A stretch of DNA of 18,983 nt, from positions 1-18,983 of the forward strand of contig JBJEGD010000007.1 in NCBI GenBank assembly GCA_051874735.1, in the 5' to 3' direction. The notes under the pieces were generated by a model. That model was not told where the DNA came from. It saw nothing but the letters and a program-made list of their open reading frames with translations, and did not search any database. How positions within the stretch are numbered: the stretch's first letter is position 1; each line of letters starts with the position of its first letter. Below, piece by piece: positions 14,423 to 18,983 of this stretch. The DNA is from Candidatus Bruticola sp. (GTDB lineage: Bacteria > Vulcanimicrobiota > Xenobia > Xenobiales > Xenobiaceae). The position numbers were made by a program, and so were the translations under genes.

Positions 14423-16018
14423 CTACTTCATAACACTTCTGGGAACTATATCTTCTAAACGTGGCATCTCTCCTATAGGCATAGTGGTAACGTATACAGA
14501 AGACGTAACGGTATTGCCGCTTTCTGCTTCTCGACAAATTATCTGAGCCCCAGTGGCGTCAAAAGAAGGAGCGTAGTAAATAGCGCTATTATCGCTGATT
14601 ACTTCCAGTCTTCCCTTTCCGTCGATAGACCACAAATAACGTTTTTTCCGCTCTGCTTCTCGGTTCTGCTCTTTTTGCTCATAGTCTTGAAATTTGGAGC
14701 CGTTTACTCCGTAGCGTTCATGAATGCGCTTAATTTGCTGTTCTGTTTTGCCAGGTAAAGCTTCAGCAGTTAAAATAATATGTTCCCCAGGGCGAAGCAC
14801 GCATGAGGCGGGCACAACTTTAAAAAGAGGCGTTTCAGCCACAGCATCGGCCAATTCTAAATCGGCGAATCCAGCCGGTTTAGCCGAAAGACGACCAGTA
14901 AGAAGGCAGCGCCGATCTTCATAGTCAACTAAAGCTTCCATTCCCCCGTAACGCACCATGAACCTATCTAAATTGGGTTTAGCTGTAGGGAGATTATTTT
15001 TATCCAAAGAGAGCGAGCATATTTGGTAAACGCCCGTAGGCAAATCGCGCATATCGATAGTGCGTATCCCCTGAGAACCTTCCAAAATCCAGGCTTTAGC
15101 AGCTTTCCCGCGATCGTCAGGAAGCTGAGGCATATGGAAAGCTAAAAGCAGCAGCTTATCTCCTTTTACAGAATTTATATTGTAACGAACTTTAGCTTTA
15201 GCATATTTGTTTATTTCTGCATTTTTAGCGCAGTTATCTATAAAATATCGCGGCGTAGTCTTTACTAAACTGCTGTCTTGCCAAAGTTCTTTAAGTTCCT
15301 GATCTGAGAGCGGATAACTTGAATTTTTAGTAACTGTCTGCACATTTTTAGGAACAAAAGGGACACTCAGAGCTTTCTGACCAGTTTGAGAAGCATTTTC
15401 CTTAGGAACGGAATTTACGGGCATTTCTGTAAGCTGCTCTTCCGGCGACCAATTATTATGGCGATCAGATTCGGAAGGGGCGACCTCAGTGAGGACACCG
15501 TTATCATATTTAAAATTAGGATCGCCCAAACTAGGCGCCGGAACAGACGGAGCTGGCATAACTACACCTGTAGGCTGCTCAGATTCTGGACTGGCAGAAG
15601 AATTTTTAGCTCCCAATTTAAAATGAACTTCTTCAGCTTTAACTTTTTGGGGACGGGCTTCAGGATAAGTGCCCTCATTTCCATCTTTGGGAGCCTGAAT
15701 ATCTTTAACACGAAAAGTTTCAGAGCGCTGTTTAGTGTAAGAGGCTTTAGGATAGGCTACTCTATTTTTAGGCCCACGCTTAACTGCCTCACTGTCTCTT
15801 GTTTCAGCGGCAGCCGAATCTGTTTCTGCAGCATCTCCTGAAGATTGATTAATGACAATATCAGTAACTTCAATACCGTCTTCATTAACTGAATGTTTTA
15901 TTACGGTATGCTGAGACAGGTCAACTTGCTTAGTACCGCCTTCCTCTGCTTCTGCTGTCACTGCCCACATACTAGACATAATATAAGCCAACAAAAATAA
16001 AGTTCGGCCAACACGCAT
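14423..16018 (-). CDS. Hypothetical secreted protein with a disordered N-terminal half and C-terminal Ig-like beta domain(s)
   Basis: Signal peptide (AVTAEA-E), AGGAGG RBS and a P/S/E-rich region. The C-terminus VVPASCVLRPGEHIILTA...YLWSIDGKG......AIYYAP...AQII...SGNTVTSSVYV resembles bacterial Ig-like domains. Confidence 0.72.
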   Translation of the reverse strand: MRVGRTLFLLAYIMSSMWAVTAEAEEGGTKQVDLSQHTVIKHSVNEDGIEVTDIVINQSSGDAAETDSAAAETRDSEAVKRGPKNRVAYPKASYTKQRSETFRVKDIQAPKDGNEGTYPEARPQKVKAEEVHFKLGAKNSSASPESEQPTGVVMPAPSVPAPSLGDPNFKYDNGVLTEVAPSESDRHNNWSPEEQLTEMPVNSVPKENASQTGQKALSVPFVPKNVQTVTKNSSYPLSDQELKELWQDSSLVKTTPRYFIDNCAKNAEINKYAKAKVRYNINSVKGDKLLLLAFHMPQLPDDRGKAAKAWILEGSQGIRTIDMRDLPTGVYQICSLSLDKNNLPTAKPNLDRFMVRYGGMEALVDYEDRRCLLTGRLSAKPAGFADLELADAVAETPLFKVVPASCVLRPGEHIILTAEALPGKTEQQIKRIHERYGVNGSKFQDYEQKEQNREAERKKRYLWSIDGKGRLEVISDNSAIYYAPSFDATGAQIICREAESGNTVTSSVYVTTMPIGEMPRLEDIVPRSVMK

Positions 16019-16026
16019 AGCCTTAT

Positions 16027-16039
16027 GCCTCCTGAGCTT
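16027..16039 (-). promoter_or_regulatory. RBS-containing 13-nt motif AAGCTCAGGAGGC (copy 2)
   Basis: Lies 8 nt upstream of the ATG at 16018 and is identical to 13024-13036. Confidence 0.7.
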
Positions 16040-16196
16040 ATCTGCAAATAGATATTAATTTATGTCAATAAACTTAACTTTTATGGACGGCAGAACAGAA
16101 TGAACATAATATTCCTGCCTTACAAAAGCAGGAAGGGAATTTCTATATAGATAAAAAAATCCTCCGCGCGTTAGCGCTGCCGCTCAAGCAGCGGTA

Positions 16197-16225
16197 CTGC
16201 CAGCACTATTATAAAGTAGTATAAT
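16197..16225 (+). promoter_or_regulatory. Putative sigma70 promoter for ispH
   Basis: CTGCCA (16197-16202), a 17-nt spacer, then TATAAT (16220-16225). Confidence 0.55.
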
Positions 16226-16254
16226 TACCAAATTTTTTTTATAGTAGCCATCTT

Positions 16255-17211
16255 ATGAAAGGCCTCAAACCGAATATGCACATATATTTGGCTCAACCCC
16301 GCGGATTCTGCGCTGGAGTCGATCGAGCTATTTCCATCGTTAATTTTGCTTTGGAAAAATTCCAAGCTCCAGTTTATGTACGCCACGAAATTGTCCACAA
16401 TTATCATGTAGTGAAAGAACTAAAAGACAAAGGTACAATATTTGTCGACGACATCGAAGCTATACCTGAAGGGGCGGTCACTATTTTTTCTGCTCACGGA
16501 GTTTCGCCCGATATTCGCGAAAAGGCCATTAAGCGCGGCTTGCGCATTATTGATGCTACTTGTCCACTAGTAACTAAAGTCCATTCTGAAGCTAAACGCT
16601 ACGCTAAAGATGGATACCATATAATTTTACTAGGTCACCGCAAACACGTAGAAGTAGAAGGCACTATGGGTGAAGCCCCCAACGCTATCACTCTTATCGA
16701 GACTATTGAAGACTTAGACAATGTTAGACTGCCGGAAGATAAGCCCATAGCTGTTCTCACCCAAACAACTTTAGCTATAGATGAAACCCAAACTATGATT
16801 GAAGCTATAAAAAAACGTTTCCCTTCCGTTATTCAGCCTAAGGCTAAAGATATTTGCTTTGCCACTACCAATAGGCAGAAAGCGGTTAAAGAACTAGCTA
16901 AAGTGTGCGATCTGATCTTAGTGGTTGGTTCTTCTACTTCTTCTAATTCCAACCGCTTGGCTGAAGTGGCTATTAGTCATGGAGTAAAGTCGCGATTGAT
17001 TAACGATGTAACTAACTTAACTATAAGTGAACTCCAAGGAGTCAAAAATTTAGGTATTACAGCCGGTGCTTCTGCTCCGGAGTTTGTAGTACAGAATTTG
17101 CTTACCTGGATAAGGCAACATTACGAAACGGAAGTACACGTTCTCGATGTAGGCTCAGAAGAGGCCAGCTTTGCTCTAACTAAAGATATACGAGTTATGG
17201 ACAGCATTTAA
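16255..17211 (+). CDS. ispH: 4-hydroxy-3-methylbut-2-enyl diphosphate reductase
   Basis: Motifs PRGFCAGVDRAI, IVHN, FSAHG, DATCPLVTKVH, QTT, DICFATTNRQ, SSNS and TAGASAP, with the three Fe-S cysteines present. The true start may be ATG 16276. Confidence 0.98.
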   Translation: MKGLKPNMHIYLAQPRGFCAGVDRAISIVNFALEKFQAPVYVRHEIVHNYHVVKELKDKGTIFVDDIEAIPEGAVTIFSAHGVSPDIREKAIKRGLRIIDATCPLVTKVHSEAKRYAKDGYHIILLGHRKHVEVEGTMGEAPNAITLIETIEDLDNVRLPEDKPIAVLTQTTLAIDETQTMIEAIKKRFPSVIQPKAKDICFATTNRQKAVKELAKVCDLILVVGSSTSSNSNRLAEVAISHGVKSRLINDVTNLTISELQGVKNLGITAGASAPEFVVQNLLTWIRQHYETEVHVLDVGSEEASFALTKDIRVMDSI

Positions 17212-17230
17212 TGTGCAACAAGTAAAAAAA

Positions 17231-17279
17231 TAAAAAAACTGAGTTTCTCTTTTGTTGGCTGAGAAACTCAGTTTTTTTA
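17231..17279. terminator. Bidirectional intrinsic terminator between the convergent ispH and obg genes
   Basis: Perfect 19-bp inverted repeat TAAAAAAACTGAGTTTCTC-(11 nt)-GAGAAACTCAGTTTTTTTA. Confidence 0.9.
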
Positions 17280-17292
17280 GTGCAGCGGCAGG

Positions 17293-18714
17293 TTAATATT
17301 TGCTTCGTCCTCTACCGCGCAGTCCAGCTAAGCTAGCTAGCGACTGGCGTTTCCCTCCGCTGGAAGATTTCCTTTCCAAACGAACCTTTTGAGAAGGACG
17401 GACGTCTGGTTCATCAATTTCTTCGGTGCTATCAAGCCAAACAGGAGCAGGATCATAGCTAAACTCGTGACCAGCAATAAAGACAGGATCGCCAGGAATA
17501 GCTCCGGCTTCTCCCAAACGCCTTTCCACTCCCCAAGCATTAAAGCGACGCTGCATACGGTTAACCGACTCTTCCTCGTCTAAATTGGTCATACGCACTA
17601 GCTTATTAACGCGCACGCCATCTACATGCCAGCCATCTTCTTCACGACTAATAACAAAATCTTCGGGAGCCGGCACTACTTCTGGAGTTATGGCAAAAGC
17701 GGGCAGCTCCGGAGCCTGCTGCACAGTTTCAAAAACGTGCAGCATAAGTTCTTCTAAACCTGCGTGAGTATAACAGGAAACAAGATGCAGCTTAATTCCG
17801 CGCTCTTGAGCGGCCTTCTGTACCGCTTCTAATTCTTGTTCCTTATCGGGAAGATCAATTTTATTGAGGGCTACAACTTCAGGACGCAAAGCTAATCCAG
17901 GATCATAGGAAGCCAGCTCCTTCCTTATTTGATCGTATTTAGCTAAAGGATCATCTTTATCGACGTCGGCCAAACTAAGAATCTGCAATAAAACTTTAGT
18001 ACGCGAAATATGGCGCAAGAAATCGTGGCCTAAGCCGGCTCCCTCAGCTGCTCCTTCGATAAGTCCGGGAATGTCAGCAAAAACTAAAGTACGATAATTG
18101 CGCTCCCATACTCCAAGCACCGGACAAAGCGTAGTAAAAGGATAATCGGCTATGGCCGGCTTAGCGTTAGTTACAGAAGACAATAAAGTAGATTTACCGG
18201 CATTGGGAAAGCCAATAATACCAACCTGAGCCACCACGCGCAGTTCTAAACGCAACCAGCGCTCTTCACCAGGCTCGCCCAATTCGTGATCGCGAGGACC
18301 ATTGTTTATTTCAGTTACAAAACGCGTATTACCTCGACCGCCCCGCCCTCCTTTAGCAGCAACAAACTCAGCTCCCGGTTCACTTAAATCAGCAATCAGA
18401 TCGCCACTGTCGTCAGTATAAACTAGCGTACCTACCGGAACTGGCACGCGCAGATCTTCTCCGTTAGCTCCAGTTTTATTAGAACTGCGCCCATAACCGC
18501 CCGGTTTGGCTTTGAAATGAGAGCGGTGCTTAAAATCTAAAAGACTGCTGCTATTTTCACAAGCGTAAAAAATAACGCTACCGCCTCGACCGCCGTCACC
18601 GCCATCTGGACCACCCATAGGCACAAATTTTTGCCTGTCAAAAGAACAGGCTCCGCGGCCACCTTTACCTCCCTGCACAAAGACACGAGTCTTATCTATA
18701 AAGTTTCTACTCAT
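17293..18714 (-). CDS. obgE: GTPase Obg/CgtA with a C-terminal OCT domain
   Basis: Gly-rich Obg fold (GGPDGGDGGRGG), G1 GFPNAGKS, G2 YPFTT, G3 DIPG, G4 NKID, and OCT motif GVERRL..AGA.PGD.V.IAG.EFSY. Confidence 0.98.
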   Translation of the reverse strand: MSRNFIDKTRVFVQGGKGGRGACSFDRQKFVPMGGPDGGDGGRGGSVIFYACENSSSLLDFKHRSHFKAKPGGYGRSSNKTGANGEDLRVPVPVGTLVYTDDSGDLIADLSEPGAEFVAAKGGRGGRGNTRFVTEINNGPRDHELGEPGEERWLRLELRVVAQVGIIGFPNAGKSTLLSSVTNAKPAIADYPFTTLCPVLGVWERNYRTLVFADIPGLIEGAAEGAGLGHDFLRHISRTKVLLQILSLADVDKDDPLAKYDQIRKELASYDPGLALRPEVVALNKIDLPDKEQELEAVQKAAQERGIKLHLVSCYTHAGLEELMLHVFETVQQAPELPAFAITPEVVPAPEDFVISREEDGWHVDGVRVNKLVRMTNLDEEESVNRMQRRFNAWGVERRLGEAGAIPGDPVFIAGHEFSYDPAPVWLDSTEEIDEPDVRPSQKVRLERKSSSGGKRQSLASLAGLRGRGRSKY

Positions 18715-18767
18715 ATTGATACCACTTTTTCTGACATATAGACTTATTGATAATAGCCAATCGCCAT

Positions 18768-18796
18768 AATGTACAATAATTCGCGCTAATTGTAAA
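18768..18796 (-). promoter_or_regulatory. Putative sigma70 promoter for obg
   Basis: On the minus strand, TTTACA (18796-18791), a 17-nt spacer, then TACATT (18773-18768). Confidence 0.45.
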
Positions 18797-18928
18797 ATAT
18801 AGCCAGTTTTTCCGCAACTCTGTACAGCTTAATAAGACGCTACCTTTAGTCAAATTCCAAATAGACAGAGTAAGGCAAACTAAATTCCGTTGGAGTTTCC
18901 ATCATTGACAGTACTATCGAAAAAAAAC

Positions 18929-18963
18929 AAAAAAAAACGCCCTGCTTTGTTAGCAGAACGCTC
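18929..18963 (-). terminator. Intrinsic terminator of a minus-strand gene lying beyond the window
   Basis: The minus strand reads GAGCGTTCTGCT-AACAA-AGCAGGGCGTTT followed by a T tract. The G-U pairs form only on the minus strand. Confidence 0.7.
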
Positions 18964-18983
18964 TTTTTTATTGAAAAACTTTT

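Noticed and set aside
1834-17767. Short ORFs in the supplied track that are antisense or out of frame to the main genes (e.g. 1834-2100, 6334-6657, 11480-11899, 12457-12777, 14226-14537, 15386-15841, 17337-17767)
   Set aside because: They overlap well-supported genes almost entirely, show Ser-rich shadow composition and have no recognisable motifs.
18845-18890. Two AAATTCC direct repeats that faintly resemble CRISPR repeat fragments
   Set aside because: Only 7 nt and two copies, with no array periodicity and no cas genes.
18846-18905. 19-codon minus-strand ORF MMETPTEFSLPYSVYLEFD upstream of obg
   Set aside because: No RBS, no leader-peptide-like composition, and the length is expected by chance.
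18905-18920. Plus-strand TTGACAGTA, shared with the minus strand at 13062-13054
   Set aside because: No -10 at canonical spacing, orientation opposite to obg, and a 9-nt match is too weak on its own.

Overview
A chromosomal region of about 43% GC (estimated by eye), made mostly of core genes, with 15 supportable CDSs and no tRNA, rRNA, CRISPR array or transposase. It opens with the 3' half of a type I restriction-modification specificity gene (hsdS, +) and a bidirectional terminator. A long minus-strand run follows; in transcription order it encodes a 566-aa four-repeat helical protein with a zinc ribbon, an S4 RNA-binding protein, a TrmH-family methyltransferase, a tandem LptA/OstA protein, a secreted alpha/alpha-toroid plus CBM-like protein, a multi-TM membrane protein, MurQ, a SpoIID/LytB protein, a TolB-like lipoprotein and RNase II. 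After it come dprA (+), a secreted Ig-like protein (-), ispH (+) and obg (-). Periplasmic LptA/TolB-like proteins together with an OCT-domain Obg suggest a diderm Terrabacteria lineage (inference). The most promising novel items are the four-repeat zinc-ribbon protein, the envelope/peptidoglycan-remodelling gene cluster with a possibly degenerate glycosidase, and an identical 13-nt RBS-overlapping motif ahead of two unrelated hypothetical genes. Family assignments come from remembered motifs, not database searches.
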